Of a stretch of 64,000 nucleotides of DNA, positions 1-10,136 are shown one piece after another. Positions within the stretch are counted from its first letter, which is position 1. Every line of letters starts with the position of its first letter. A program made the position numbers and the translations under genes. Origin of the DNA: Candidatus Latescibacterota bacterium (lineage in GTDB: Bacteria; Latescibacterota; UBA2968; UBA8231); assembly GCA_965219385.1 (NCBI GenBank), contig CBDCNM010000002.1, positions 1,234,936-1,298,935 of the forward strand. Direction: 5' to 3'. Below the pieces are notes generated by a model. It did no database searches. It worked only from the letters and a program-made list of their open reading frames with translations, and was not told where the DNA came from.

Positions 1-751
1 CTATTTCATTGTCTCCGTCCTTGATCCGGGCAAGCCGGCGGATATCCAGGCGGACAGAAGAATAAAAGGGAAGGGCGCGCCCCCCGGTCGTGGTTTCCGG
101 ATTGCCGAACATCACCCCGATCTTCATGCGCAGCTGGTTGAGGAAGATCAGACAGGTGTGCGAGCGGTTGATGGACCCGGCGAGCTTGCGCAGGGCCTGC
201 GACATCAAACGCGCGTGCAATCCCATGTGAGAGTCTCCCATGTCGCCTTCCAGCTCGGCCTGGGGCACCAGGGCGGCCACCGAGTCCACCACGATGATAT
301 CAAAGGCGCCGCTGCGCACCAGGGTGTCGACGATCTCCAGGGCCTGTTCCCCGCTATCCGGTTGTGCAATGATCAGGTTGTCGATGTCCACGCCCAGATG
401 CCGGGCGAATTTTGCATCCAGGGCGTGTTCGGCATCGATAAAGGCGGCCGTCCCGTCGGCCTTCTGCGCCTCGCGGATGGCGTGCAGGGATACCATGGTC
501 TTACCTGCGCCTTCCGGCCCGTAGATTTCTACGATCCGGCCTCTGGGAAATCCGCCGATGCCCAGAGCCGCATCCAGCGCCAGCGAACCGGAGGATATGG
601 TCTCCGCCTCCCCCCCCCCCCCCCCCTGGTCGCCCAGACGCATGATGGCTCCCTTGCCGTACTGCTTTTCAATCTGGGCCATAGCCGCTTCGACCGCCTT
701 GTCCTGGCCCTGCTCCTTTTTTCTACTGCGTCCGTTGCTCGATTTAGCCAT
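1..751 (-). CDS. recA: Recombinase RecA, copy 1 (runs off the left edge)
   Basis: Manual translation from ATG at 751: MAKSSNG...[14 protein letters not shown]...[15 protein letters not shown]...[11 protein letters not shown]...[20 protein letters not shown]. The frame stays open across a G17 run. It is absent from the ORF track because no stop lies in the window. Confidence 0.97.
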   Translation of the reverse strand, partial: MAKSSNGRSRKKEQGQDKAVEAAMAQIEKQYGKGAIMRLGDQGGGGGEAETISSGSLALDAALGIGGFPRGRIVEIYGPEGAGKTMVSLHAIREAQKADGTAAFIDAEHALDAKFARHLGVDIDNLIIAQPDSGEQALEIVDTLVRSGAFDIIVVDSVAALVPQAELEGDMGDSHMGLHARLMSQALRKLAGSINRSHTCLIFLNQLRMKIGVMFGNPETTTGGRALPFYSSVRLDIRRLARIKDGDNEI

Positions 752-773
752 AACCTGCCTCTTTCATGAAGGT

Positions 774-1250
774 TCAGATAAACCTCAACTCGACCCCGAC
801 CTGCAACAGCAGATTCCCGTATATGCCGGCGACCACATCGTCCACCACAATGCCCCACCCCCCCGGCAACCTTTCGAGCCGACGGGCGGGCGGTGGTTTG
901 ACAATGTCGAGAACCCTGAAGAGGAAAAAACCGACGATGGCCATTCCCAGGCTGTGGGGCAGAAATGCCACGGTGAGCAAATACCCCACGGCCTCGTCGA
1001 TGACCACCTGTCCCGGATCCTTGCCCCACTCCCGCTCCATCCCATGGGCCACGTACACACCCATAAAAAAAATGGTCGTGAGAACAATAAGCCATTCCAC
1101 GACCCCCAGAAACGAACAGAAAAAAAAGTAAATAACCGCGACCAGGGCGCTGCCGACCGTGGCCGGAGCAATCGGGGCGTACCCAGAAAAAAAAAGGGTG
1201 GCGATTAGCTTTTTTAGCGCGTGAGCCGCCGTCCTGTCTTTACTCGCCAA
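774..1250 (-). CDS. pgpA: Phosphatidylglycerophosphatase A
   Basis: KDPGQVVIDE and FRVLDIVKPPP...GGWGIVVDDVVAG motifs; lies between pgsA and recA. Confidence 0.95.
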   Translation of the reverse strand: MASKDRTAAHALKKLIATLFFSGYAPIAPATVGSALVAVIYFFFCSFLGVVEWLIVLTTIFFMGVYVAHGMEREWGKDPGQVVIDEAVGYLLTVAFLPHSLGMAIVGFFLFRVLDIVKPPPARRLERLPGGWGIVVDDVVAGIYGNLLLQVGVELRFI

Positions 1251-1262
1251 TTGCAGGTCTAC

Positions 1263-1865
1263 TCAGGACTTGTTGTAGAAAGAACTGGAGCGAAAAAGAT
1301 AGTGAATCCCGGACAGCACCGTGAGTAAGAGCACTCCCGCCATCAGACCATTGCTCAAAACCTGCACCCTTGTCCCGTCCAGGGGAAGCACGCTATCCCA
1401 GTTGAAGCGCCCGAGGAATTCCTGCAGGCCAATGATAAAAAGAATGATCACTACCGCAAACAACTGAGCCGCCGTCTTCCACTTGGCCAGCTTTGAGGTG
1501 GCCAGTTGGCGGCCGTGGTAGATGCTGTAGAGCCGCAGGGCGGTGATCACCACATCCCGGACGATAATGGGAACCACCAGCCAGACGTGCACCATGCGCC
1601 CCCACACAAAGGCGATCAATGCCGAAGTTACCAGTATTTTGTCGGCCAGCGGATCGAGAAAGCGGCCCAAAGCCGTCACCTTGTTCCCCGCGCGGGCCAG
1701 CCTGCCGTCGTAGAAATCCGTCACTGCGGCCACGGCAAAAACCACGAATGCCAGACTCTTTAAGTACCAGATTTCGGTAAAAAGCAGAATCATGAAAAGC
1801 GGAGTCAGGAAGATCCGCAGAATCGTCAGAAAATTCGGCCAGTTGATGAACTCATATCTGTTCAT
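1263..1865 (-). CDS. pgsA: CDP-diacylglycerol--glycerol-3-phosphate 3-phosphatidyltransferase
   Basis: NWPNFLTILRI start and CDP-alcohol phosphotransferase motif TDFYDGRLAR...GRFLDPLADK. Confidence 0.95.
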   Translation of the reverse strand: MNRYEFINWPNFLTILRIFLTPLFMILLFTEIWYLKSLAFVVFAVAAVTDFYDGRLARAGNKVTALGRFLDPLADKILVTSALIAFVWGRMVHVWLVVPIIVRDVVITALRLYSIYHGRQLATSKLAKWKTAAQLFAVVIILFIIGLQEFLGRFNWDSVLPLDGTRVQVLSNGLMAGVLLLTVLSGIHYLFRSSSFYNKS

Positions 1866-1889
1866 AATCTTCCCGGTCGCCTGTGGTTG

Positions 1890-2486
1890 CTACACGGAAT
1901 ATCTACCCGCCAGGGCGTGTGCCAGGGTCACCTTATCGGCCAGATCCAGGTCGGCGCCTACAGGCAAGCCCCGCGCCGGCCGCGTAACCTTGGTCAACGG
2001 TGCCAGCTGGGCCCCGAGATACTCAGCGGTCATATCTCCTTCGACGCTGGCATTGAGGGCCAGGATTACTTCGCTTACATGGCCCTCTTTTACCCGTCCG
2101 ATCAGTTCGTCGATGCGGAGGTCCTCCGGCCTGATGCCATTGAGGGGAGACAGAGCGCCACCCAGTACGTGGTAGACCCCGCTTATCAGCTGATTCATCT
2201 CCAGAACCAGGACATCACCAACCTCTTCCACCACGCATACTAGCTGCCTGTCGCGGCGTGGATTGCGGCATATTTCGCACTGGTCCATCCCCCGTTCGGT
2301 GAAATTGTAACACACCGAACAGTAGTGGATACTGTCCTTGGCCACGATGACGGCCTGGGCCAGTGCAGCGGCCTCTTCCCGGGGCTGCTTGATCAGATAA
2401 AAAGCCAGGCGTTGAGCCGTTTTAAAACCAATGCCGGGAAGTTTCGCAAAAGCGGCAATCAGATCTTCGAGAGGTGCAGGGCCCAT
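1890..2486 (-). CDS. recR: Recombination mediator RecR
   Basis: LPGIGFKTAQRLA HhH motif, C4 zinc finger, Toprim YHVLGG. Confidence 0.97.
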   Translation of the reverse strand: MGPAPLEDLIAAFAKLPGIGFKTAQRLAFYLIKQPREEAAALAQAVIVAKDSIHYCSVCYNFTERGMDQCEICRNPRRDRQLVCVVEEVGDVLVLEMNQLISGVYHVLGGALSPLNGIRPEDLRIDELIGRVKEGHVSEVILALNASVEGDMTAEYLGAQLAPLTKVTRPARGLPVGADLDLADKVTLAHALAGRYSV

Positions 2487-2492
2487 GGGCTT

Positions 2493-4232
2493 TTAGACCA
2501 GCTCTCCATCAAAGGTTTCCAGAACCGACTTCACGGTGGGATCCGCCTGTGGCGGCGCCTCTTCTTGCTGTTTTTGCGGATCGGTTTCTTCCTCTACTAC
2601 ACATTCGAAGCGGAGGTGTTGACCCCACTTCTGAGCACTGATCTTTTCTATGGTCTCCCGGTTCTTGGCTACCTGACTCATGGGAAAACGATCGGCTGCA
2701 ACGAACCCCAATTTCAAAACCCTGCCTTCCAGAGCAACCAGGCTGACCCCCTTCAAAAAGATGCCCAGAGTCGGCTGGGACTGGCGCACGTCCTCTACCA
2801 GACCATCCCAATCCTCTTTGATGCGCTCGATGGTTAATTCTCCTCGGGAGACGGCTGTCGGCCCTGCACCTGGGACCTGTTCATCGGGTGGGGGTGGCAT
2901 TTTTTTTGTTTCGCCGACACTGGGTGGCTTTTCGGACGCACCATCCGACCCGGTTTGTGGGGACGGCATCCTATCCTGTGCCGGCGATGCGGGTTGCTGT
3001 TGAGGTCTGCTTCCGCTACCGGCGGACGGCGCAGGGGGCTGCGGCGGTTTACTTTTACTACTGGCAGGTGGCGCAATTGCAGTATGTCCACGCAGCTCCT
3101 GTTCCAGGGTCTGCAAGCGACGCAATAACTGTCCCACATCCACGGCTTGTCCCATCCGCGCCAGGCGCACCAGGACCATTTCCAGGCGGAAACGAGGCTG
3201 TACCGAATGCTTCAGCGCGGGTTCCAGGTCCATAACGGCCTGCAGCATACGCAAAATATCTTCCTCGGCGAACCCGGTGGCGGCGTCATGGTAGCGCTGA
3301 TGATCGGCCGTTGCTAGGTCCAGCTTTGCCGCCGAACCCTGGACCTTGGCACAGAGTAGACAGCGCAGGTGCTCCAGGAAACCGTGGGCGAACTCATTGA
3401 CAGCCACCCCGCTGTCCAGCGTCTCAGCGACGATATCCAGTACCGGTGAGGACGAGGAAGCGCCAAGTGCCGCACTCAGATCGAAATACACATTCTGGTC
3501 CACCAGCCCCAGAACCTGGCGCACGGTCTGGACCGAGATCTCTTCTTGGTCTAAGGAGACCACCTGATCCAGCATGCTTTCGGCATCTCGTAGCGCCCCG
3601 TCGGCCCGGTTGGCCAGCAGAAACAGCGCCTCTGCTTCGGCCTTGATGCCCTCGGCTCCGGCAATCTGTTCGAGATGCGCGGCGATCTGGACGGCGGGGA
3701 TGCGGCGAAAATTAAAACGCTGGCAGCGCGAGAGAATGGTCTCCGGGATCTCCTGCACCTCGGTGGTTGCAAAGATAAAGACCACGTGGGAAGGGGGCTC
3801 CTCCAGGGTCTTCAGCAGGGCATTGAAGGCCGCGGTCGACAGCATGTGCACTTCGTCGATTATGTAGATCTTGTAGGTGCCCTCCGTAGATACATAGCGC
3901 ACCACTTCCCGCAATTCGCGCACATCGTCGACACTATTGTTGGAGGCCCCATCAATCTCCAGCACGTTCATGCTGGTACCGTCTCCGATGCTGCGACAGG
4001 AACTACACTCACTGCAGGGATCCGTCTCCGACCGATTGGAACAGTTCAGGGCTTTGGCCAGGATCCGTGCCGTGGTGGTCTTGCCGCACCCGCGCGGCCC
4101 GCAGAACAGGTAGGACTGGGCGATGCGCCCGGATTTAAGAGCATTCCGCAGCGTCTTGGTGATGTGCTCCTGCCCCACCACCTCGGCAAATTTGTGAGGG
4201 CGCCACTTCCGCGCTGTAACCTGATAGGCCAT
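2493..4232 (-). CDS. dnaX: DNA polymerase III subunit gamma/tau
   Basis: MAYQVTARKWRP start, GPRGCGKTT Walker A, zinc motif, IIDEVHML, SRC; Pro-rich linker followed by a C-terminal domain. Confidence 0.97.
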   Translation of the reverse strand: MAYQVTARKWRPHKFAEVVGQEHITKTLRNALKSGRIAQSYLFCGPRGCGKTTTARILAKALNCSNRSETDPCSECSSCRSIGDGTSMNVLEIDGASNNSVDDVRELREVVRYVSTEGTYKIYIIDEVHMLSTAAFNALLKTLEEPPSHVVFIFATTEVQEIPETILSRCQRFNFRRIPAVQIAAHLEQIAGAEGIKAEAEALFLLANRADGALRDAESMLDQVVSLDQEEISVQTVRQVLGLVDQNVYFDLSAALGASSSSPVLDIVAETLDSGVAVNEFAHGFLEHLRCLLCAKVQGSAAKLDLATADHQRYHDAATGFAEEDILRMLQAVMDLEPALKHSVQPRFRLEMVLVRLARMGQAVDVGQLLRRLQTLEQELRGHTAIAPPASSKSKPPQPPAPSAGSGSRPQQQPASPAQDRMPSPQTGSDGASEKPPSVGETKKMPPPPDEQVPGAGPTAVSRGELTIERIKEDWDGLVEDVRQSQPTLGIFLKGVSLVALEGRVLKLGFVAADRFPMSQVAKNRETIEKISAQKWGQHLRFECVVEEETDPQKQQEEAPPQADPTVKSVLETFDGELV

Positions 4233-4281
4233 TGCAGTAACCAGAATCAGTGGGGAAAAAGGAGACTTGGTTTTCAGACCA

Positions 4282-4554
4282 AGGTCGTGCACCCATCTTC
4301 GATCGGGACCTTCGATTCACCTGACGCCAGTTGGCTCCAGTCAGATCGCTCTGCGGCACACGAAAGGACATTCCTACCGCTGCTACCTCCCGGTCCTGAC
4401 GGGGTTCGGAAGCCATCCGTTGCGCAGAATCCGACCTTCAACACTACTTCTCGTCCGCTTCATCGAAAGTACGAGGACCTCTGGACGGGAATTCGACCCC
4501 GCTATAGCGGATTGCGGGTACAGGGCACCGCTATCTCCCCATCTAGCACGACCT
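4282..4554 (-). ncRNA. ffs: Large (Alu-domain) signal recognition particle RNA
   Basis: 5' GGTCGTGCTAGATGGGGAGATAGCGGTGCCCTGTACCCGCAATCCGCTATAGCGGGG resembles the Bacillus scRNA Alu domain. Helix 8 reads GTCAGGACCGGGAGGTAGCAGC, and the 5' and 3' ends pair (GGTCGTGC/GCACGACC). It sits in the usual position upstream of dnaX. Confidence 0.93.
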
Positions 4555-4576
4555 TGTAAGTTCGAAAAAAATAGTA

Positions 4577-4652
4577 TGGTGGAGCAGATGGGAATCGAAC
4601 CCACGACCTCCAGATTGCGAACCTAGCGCTCTCCCAACTGAGCTACTGCCCC
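4577..4652 (-). tRNA. tRNA-Ala(CGC)
   Basis: Cloverleaf, anticodon loop TTCGCAA, encoded CCA. Confidence 0.96.
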
Positions 4653-4670
4653 ACGCGAGTAACAAAAAAA

Positions 4671-4761
4671 TGGCGGAGAGAGAGGGATTCGAACCCTCGG
4701 TAGGGGATTGCCCTACACACGATTTCCAGTCGTGCACCTTCGGCCACTCGGTCATCTCTCC
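4671..4761 (-). tRNA. tRNA-Ser(GGA)
   Basis: Long variable arm, anticodon loop CTGGAAA, encoded CCA. Confidence 0.96.
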
Positions 4762-4781
4762 ACCGCAAAAATCCCGGGATA

Positions 4782-4872
<91 letters not shown>

Positions 4873-4879
4873 TGTTCCA

Positions 4880-5371
4880 TTATTCCGCCGATCTCAACCG
4901 CGCAAAGAACCCTTTCAACAAATCAGCGCATTCCTTCTCCACAACTCCGGTCACTACGTCACAAAAGTGGTTCAGACGCTTATCCTGGACCACGTTTCGC
5001 AGGGACCCGCAAGCCCCGCTCTTTGGATCGAAGGCCCCAAATACCAACCGCGGAATTCGCGCCAGCACCACGGCGCCGGCACACATGGCACAAGGTTCCA
5101 GAGTCACATAGAGCGTCGTATCGAGTAAGCGCCGCGATTTTGTCTTTGCCACCGCCCCACTGATGGCCAGCATCTCCGCATGGGCCGTAGGGTCCTGTTG
5201 CCGCTCTATGGCATTGGTGCCCCTGCCGATGATGAGACCGTCTTGGACGATAAGGGCTCCAACGGGCACTTCCTCCTGTTTGCATGCCTCCCGGGCTTCT
5301 GCCAGGGCCTGGCGCATCCAGTAGGCATCGGCTTTGGAACCCACCGTGGTGGGAAGGCTGGATTCATCCAT
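4880..5371 (-). CDS. tadA: tRNA adenosine(34) deaminase
   Basis: EVPVGA, HAE and TLEPCAMC deaminase motifs. Confidence 0.95.
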   Translation of the reverse strand: MDESSLPTTVGSKADAYWMRQALAEAREACKQEEVPVGALIVQDGLIIGRGTNAIERQQDPTAHAEMLAISGAVAKTKSRRLLDTTLYVTLEPCAMCAGAVVLARIPRLVFGAFDPKSGACGSLRNVVQDKRLNHFCDVVTGVVEKECADLLKGFFARLRSAE

Positions 5372-5474
5372 AAAACAGTCTTAAGCCTGCCGCGCAAGAA
5401 GCTCCCCTGAAAGGTTTAAATATAACGGCTGAAACAAACTAGATCAAGGCTTACCTACCGCCTCATGTGACCGC

Positions 5475-5900
5475 CTAAAATTGCCTTTCGTAGTGCTCCC
5501 TGGCCAACAGGGATGGGGATTTTCTCGACCAGTAGCTCTTCTGTTCGGGGTCCAGCTTGCGCTCCATGGGGTCGCGCCCGAAAAGCCGCATGACAACACC
5601 GATCACGGTAAACAGGGTATAAAAAATCAGAGCCAGTAAAACATGGGTATTGACAAACCCGAGGATCCGGGCCAGCAGCATCCAGACCAGGTAAAACGGT
5701 TTTGCAAGCAATGGGAATAGCAGCCTGGTCACCAGGAAAAATCCGGCCGATCCGCCCAGGACGCGGGTCGCGGTCTGGTGGTCTTTATACCAGCAAAACA
5801 AGGTAAATAGACCCAGGCCCACCGCCATGACCAGGCCGAATTTGCGCAAATCTTCCCGGCTCGGAGCCGGAATTCGCCAGAAACCACCCTTTTCAGTCAA
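5475..5900 (-). CDS. SxtJ-family membrane protein
   Basis: Probable TTG start overlapping the upstream stop. LRKFG...WMLLARILGFVNT...GRDPM...SYW pattern typical of SxtJ-like proteins that follow carbamoyltransferases. Confidence 0.75.
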   Translation of the reverse strand: MTEKGGFWRIPAPSREDLRKFGLVMAVGLGLFTLFCWYKDHQTATRVLGGSAGFFLVTRLLFPLLAKPFYLVWMLLARILGFVNTHVLLALIFYTLFTVIGVVMRLFGRDPMERKLDPEQKSYWSRKSPSLLAREHYERQF

Positions 5901-7716
5901 GCTCGAACTCCTCCTGCCAGTCCTTATCCTCCCGCCACTGCGGCTGCGCCGTCTTGTCCAGCAAAAAGTTACCCAGCACCAGGCAGTCCATTTCGGTGCG
6001 CATAAAACACCGGTAGGCCTCCTCCGGGGTGTTGACGATGGGTTCGCCGCGCACATTGAAAGAGGTATTCACCACGACCGGGCACCCGGTGAGGCTATGG
6101 AAGGCCTGAATCACATCGTAGTAGCGTGGATTATCCTCCCGTCGAACCGTCTGCACCCGGGCGGAGTAATCCACATGGGTCACCGCCGGAATATCCGAGC
6201 GCGGGATACTCAGTTTTTCAATGCCAAAGAGAGCCTCTTCCTCCTGAGTCATGGAAATCTGGCGCTCTTCCACCACCGGCGCCACCAGGAGCATGTAGGG
6301 AGAATCGGTATCCAGCTCAAAGTACTCGTGCACGTGCTCGCGCAGGACGCTGGGGGCAAACGGTCGGAAACTCTCCCTGTGCTTGATCTTCAGATTCATT
6401 ACAGACTGGGTTTTCGGCGAACGGGGATCGCCCAGGATGCTGCGGGCGCCTAGGGCGCGCGGGCCAAACTCCATGCGGCCGTTCAGCCAGCCAATAACCT
6501 TCTCCTCATTGAGCAGACCAGCCACCCTCAAGGCCAGTTCGCCGTCCTCCAGTTCCTCTGCCGGCAACCCCTGTTCCCGCAGAAAGTGCCGGATTTCCTC
6601 CTGGCTGTAGGAGGGCCCCAGCAGGGCCGCGCGCATACTGTCCCGGACGCCGTCGGCCCGGCGCTCATTGCCGCAGTAGCGATGCCAAAGCGACAGGGCC
6701 ACCCCTAGGGCGCCGCCCGCGTCTCCGGCCGCCGGCTGGATCCATAGCTGCTCGAAAGGACCTTCCCTCAGGATGCGGCCATTCCCCACGCAATTGAGGG
6801 CCACCCCCCCGGCCAAACACAGGTTCCTCATTGCGGTTTCCTGGTGTGCAGTCCGGGCCATGCGCAGCATCACTTCTTCGGTGACGACCTGGCAGGAACG
6901 CGCTAGGTCCATCTCGCGCTGGGTCAGAGGGGTTTCCGGCTGGCGCACCGGACCGTCGAACAACTCCGCCATTTTGTCGCTAGTCATAGTCAGACCAGCC
7001 ATGTAGTTGAAGTAGGACATATTGAGCTTGAACGAACCATCCTCTTTCAGATCGATCAGGTGCTCGAACATGAGATCCACGTACTTGGGCTGGCCATAGG
7101 GCGCCAGGCCCATCAGCTTGTACTCACCCGAGTTCGGTTTGAAGCCGGTGAAGTAGGTGATCGCGGTATAGAACAACCCGAGCGAATGGGGAAACCTTAT
7201 TTCTGCCAGGGTGTGGATCTCGGCTCCACACCCGTACCCGTAACTGGTAGTAGTCCACTCTCCCACCCCGTCCAGGGTTATGATCGCCGCCGCCTCGAAA
7301 GGGGAGGGGTAAAATGCACTGGCCGCATGCGATTCGTGATGGTCGCCGAACAGGACCGGTACCTCGCATCCTAGCTCCTGGTGGATGTTCTGCGGGATCC
7401 ACAGTTTCCTCTTCAACCAGACCGCCATGGTCTTCCAGAACAGCCGGATCCCCCTGGGGGCAGTACCCAGGTGGGTCTCCAGGAGACGCTCGAACGTGAG
7501 CAAGGGCTTGTCGTAAAACCCGATATAGTCCAGATCCCGAGGGCGGATGCCGGCTTCGCGCAGGCAATACCTGATGGCATTGCCGGGAAAATCGGGGTCG
7601 TGTTTGACGCGGGTGAAACGCTCTTCCTGGGCGGCGGCGACAATCTCTCCATTGCGCACCAGGCAGGCCGCGCTGTCGTGATAGAATGCGGAAATTCCCA
7701 GAATATGGGTAGCCAT
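5893..7716 (-). CDS. O-carbamoyltransferase (NodU/CmcH/TobZ family)
   Basis: ILGISAFYHDSAA, HHESHAASAF, EYKLMGLAPYG, EFGPRALGARS, RESFRPFAP, NTSFN. Confidence 0.95.
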   Translation of the reverse strand: MATHILGISAFYHDSAACLVRNGEIVAAAQEERFTRVKHDPDFPGNAIRYCLREAGIRPRDLDYIGFYDKPLLTFERLLETHLGTAPRGIRLFWKTMAVWLKRKLWIPQNIHQELGCEVPVLFGDHHESHAASAFYPSPFEAAAIITLDGVGEWTTTSYGYGCGAEIHTLAEIRFPHSLGLFYTAITYFTGFKPNSGEYKLMGLAPYGQPKYVDLMFEHLIDLKEDGSFKLNMSYFNYMAGLTMTSDKMAELFDGPVRQPETPLTQREMDLARSCQVVTEEVMLRMARTAHQETAMRNLCLAGGVALNCVGNGRILREGPFEQLWIQPAAGDAGGALGVALSLWHRYCGNERRADGVRDSMRAALLGPSYSQEEIRHFLREQGLPAEELEDGELALRVAGLLNEEKVIGWLNGRMEFGPRALGARSILGDPRSPKTQSVMNLKIKHRESFRPFAPSVLREHVHEYFELDTDSPYMLLVAPVVEERQISMTQEEEALFGIEKLSIPRSDIPAVTHVDYSARVQTVRREDNPRYYDVIQAFHSLTGCPVVVNTSFNVRGEPIVNTPEEAYRCFMRTEMDCLVLGNFLLDKTAQPQWREDKDWQEEFELD

Positions 7717-7837
7717 CCGTGTTTACCGGTCTTCTTCCAGGCTTGACAGACCCCTTGCTGTACGCGATAATTTCTGGTCCAACTTAACCTACCAACTTTT
7801 TGAAAAAATAGCAAGATAGCAACATATCGGGAACCCT

Positions 7838-9115
7838 GTGGAACAACTCTCCTGGCCGAGCCCAGAGCAAGTTAGAACCATCCAGCGCGAATTTGCCACG
7901 CCGGCGTTTGTGTACGACCAGAAAACCTTGGAGGCCCAGGCCCGAAAAGCCCTGGACTTTCCCAATGCCTATGGCCTGCAGGTACGCTATGCCTTGAAAG
8001 CCTGTCCCAGTGCAGCGGTCATACGGATTTTCAACCGGATGGGACTGCACATCGATGCCAGCAGCGGCTTCGAGGCCCAGCGCGCCCTGGGCGCCGGGGT
8101 CCCGGCCCATCACATCCAGATCACGGCTCAGGAACTGCCCTCGGACCTGGTGGATCTGGTGGAAAAGGGCGTGCTCTTCAATGCCTGCTCACTGCACCAG
8201 CTGAGGCAATTCGGCCAGCACTTCAGGGGGTGCGAAGTATCCGTTCGCCTCAACCCGGGCCTGGGATCGGGCCACAGTCAGCGCACCAACGTCGGTGGTC
8301 CTTCCGCCAGTTTCGGCATCTGGCACGAGTACCTGGATCAGGCGCGCGAGATTCAGCGACAATTCGATCTGCGGATTACCCGGCTGCACAGCCACATCGG
8401 CTCGGGCAGCGATCCCGAGGTGTGGCAGCGCTGCGCCCGCATGACCCTGGGCCTGGCCGCCGCACTTTCCGAGGTGCACACCGTGAACCTGGGCGGGGGT
8501 TACAAGGTGGGAGGCATGGCCGGCGAAGCCTCGACCGACCTCCAGATCGCCGGTCGGCCCATCGTGGCGGAATTCGAGTGGTTTTACCAGGAGCAGGGCC
8601 GCAAACTCAAGCTGGAAATCGAACCGGGAACCTTCCTGGCCGCCGAGGCCGGGGCCCTCATCTGCACGGTTGTGGATATCGTAGACACCGGCCCAGAGGG
8701 TTATGCCTTCATCAAGGTCAATGCGGGGATGACCGAAATCCTGCGCCCCAGTATGTACGGGGCCCAGCATCCCATTGTCGTAGTGCCGTTGAGTCCCAGG
8801 GAACGCGGCTGTCGGAAATACCTGGTGGCGGGGCACTGCTGCGAAAGCGGGGACATCCTGACCCCGGAGCCGGACAACCCCGAAGGCCTCGAACCCCGCC
8901 TGCTGACCGAGGCCCAAACAGGGGATGCGGTCTGCATCGGCGGCTGCGGAGCTTACTGCGCTGGCATGGCGGCCAAGAACTACAATTCCTTCCCCGAAGC
9001 CCCGGAAGTTCTCCTGGCCTCGGACGGCACCCTCCACCTGATCCGTCGGCGCCAGACCCTGGAACAGGTGCTGACCAACGAAATACTGCCCGACTTTCTC
9101 AGGGCGGACCTTTAG
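7838..9115 (+). CDS. lysA: Diaminopimelate decarboxylase
   Basis: YALKA (PLP lysine), HIGSG, EPG, CESGD motifs. Confidence 0.9.
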   Translation: MEQLSWPSPEQVRTIQREFATPAFVYDQKTLEAQARKALDFPNAYGLQVRYALKACPSAAVIRIFNRMGLHIDASSGFEAQRALGAGVPAHHIQITAQELPSDLVDLVEKGVLFNACSLHQLRQFGQHFRGCEVSVRLNPGLGSGHSQRTNVGGPSASFGIWHEYLDQAREIQRQFDLRITRLHSHIGSGSDPEVWQRCARMTLGLAAALSEVHTVNLGGGYKVGGMAGEASTDLQIAGRPIVAEFEWFYQEQGRKLKLEIEPGTFLAAEAGALICTVVDIVDTGPEGYAFIKVNAGMTEILRPSMYGAQHPIVVVPLSPRERGCRKYLVAGHCCESGDILTPEPDNPEGLEPRLLTEAQTGDAVCIGGCGAYCAGMAAKNYNSFPEAPEVLLASDGTLHLIRRRQTLEQVLTNEILPDFLRADL

Positions 9116-9196
9116 GGCCGCTAACGAAATGCCGAGCTGGCATCGCCCGGCTGCAAAAGCGGCGGCGTAGGGTCCCTCGCTCCACCCCCTGCTCCA

Positions 9197-10117
9197 TCAC
9201 ACAAAACTCAGCCACCCATGCACATCTTCAGCCGCGCCGGTAGTGATGGAGAAAAAGGCCTCCTGTAATTTGCGGGTAATCGGCCCGCGTTCTCCCGGGC
9301 CAATAGGGATCTGGTCTACCGCCCGGATAGGAGTGATCTCGGCCGCCGTGCCCGTGAAGAAAACCTCGTCGGCGATGTAAATACTCTCGCGCGGGATGGC
9401 CCGCTGTTCCACCCGCAGACCTAGGTCCCGAGCCAGGGTAATCGCGGAGTGCCGCGTGATACCCGGCAGAATGGAAAAACTGGAGGAAGGGGTATAGATG
9501 GTTTCATTCTTCAGGATGAAAAGATTCTCACCGCTGCCCTCGCTCACCAGCCCATCCGTATCCAGCACAATGCCCTCGTCGTACCCGTTGAGCTTGGCTT
9601 CCATCTTCACCAGCTGCGAATTCAGGTAATTGCCGCCGGCCTTGGCCAGAGACGGCATGGTATTGGGCGCCATCCGATTCCACGACGAAGTACACACTGA
9701 GACCCCTTTTTCGACCGCCTCGGGCCCGAGATACTGTCCCCACTCCCACACTGCAATTACCGTATCAACCGGGCAGTCCAGTGGATTTACTCCGAGAGAG
9801 CCATAACCACGAAACACCACAGGCCGGATATAGCACCCCTGCAATTGGTTGACCCGGATGGTTTCGAGCACCGCCTCGCAGAGGGCCTCCTGGGTATAGG
9901 GAATCTCCATGCGGTAGATCTTGGCCGAATCAAACAGGCGATTTACGTGATCTTGCAGGCGGAAGACAGCAGGACCCCTGGCGGTATTATAACAGCGAAT
10001 CCCTTCAAACACACTGGAACCATAGTGGACGACGTGCGACAGCACGTGCACCTTGGCGTCCTCCCATTTGATCAATTCTCCATTAAACCAGATCTTTTCG
10101 GATTGCGCCATAGCCAT
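9197..10117 (-). CDS. ilvE: Branched-chain amino acid aminotransferase
   Basis: [36 protein letters not shown]; start at 10117 or 10111. Confidence 0.96.
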   Translation of the reverse strand: MAMAQSEKIWFNGELIKWEDAKVHVLSHVVHYGSSVFEGIRCYNTARGPAVFRLQDHVNRLFDSAKIYRMEIPYTQEALCEAVLETIRVNQLQGCYIRPVVFRGYGSLGVNPLDCPVDTVIAVWEWGQYLGPEAVEKGVSVCTSSWNRMAPNTMPSLAKAGGNYLNSQLVKMEAKLNGYDEGIVLDTDGLVSEGSGENLFILKNETIYTPSSSFSILPGITRHSAITLARDLGLRVEQRAIPRESIYIADEVFFTGTAAEITPIRAVDQIPIGPGERGPITRKLQEAFFSITTGAAEDVHGWLSFV

Positions 10118-10136
10118 GTTGGGGATTCTCCTGATA

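Noticed and set aside
529..1095. Minus-strand ORF suggesting recA copy 1 is frameshifted at the poly-G tract
   Set aside because: Codon counting from ATG 751 shows recA is in frame across the tract; the listed ORF is another frame.
5475..7716. Saxitoxin biosynthesis cluster
   Set aside because: No sxtA, sxtG or other pathway genes are present; this gene pair is widespread.
9113..9170. IS5-end-like TAGGGCCGCTAACGAAA at the lysA stop
   Set aside because: Short, degenerate and without a partner end.
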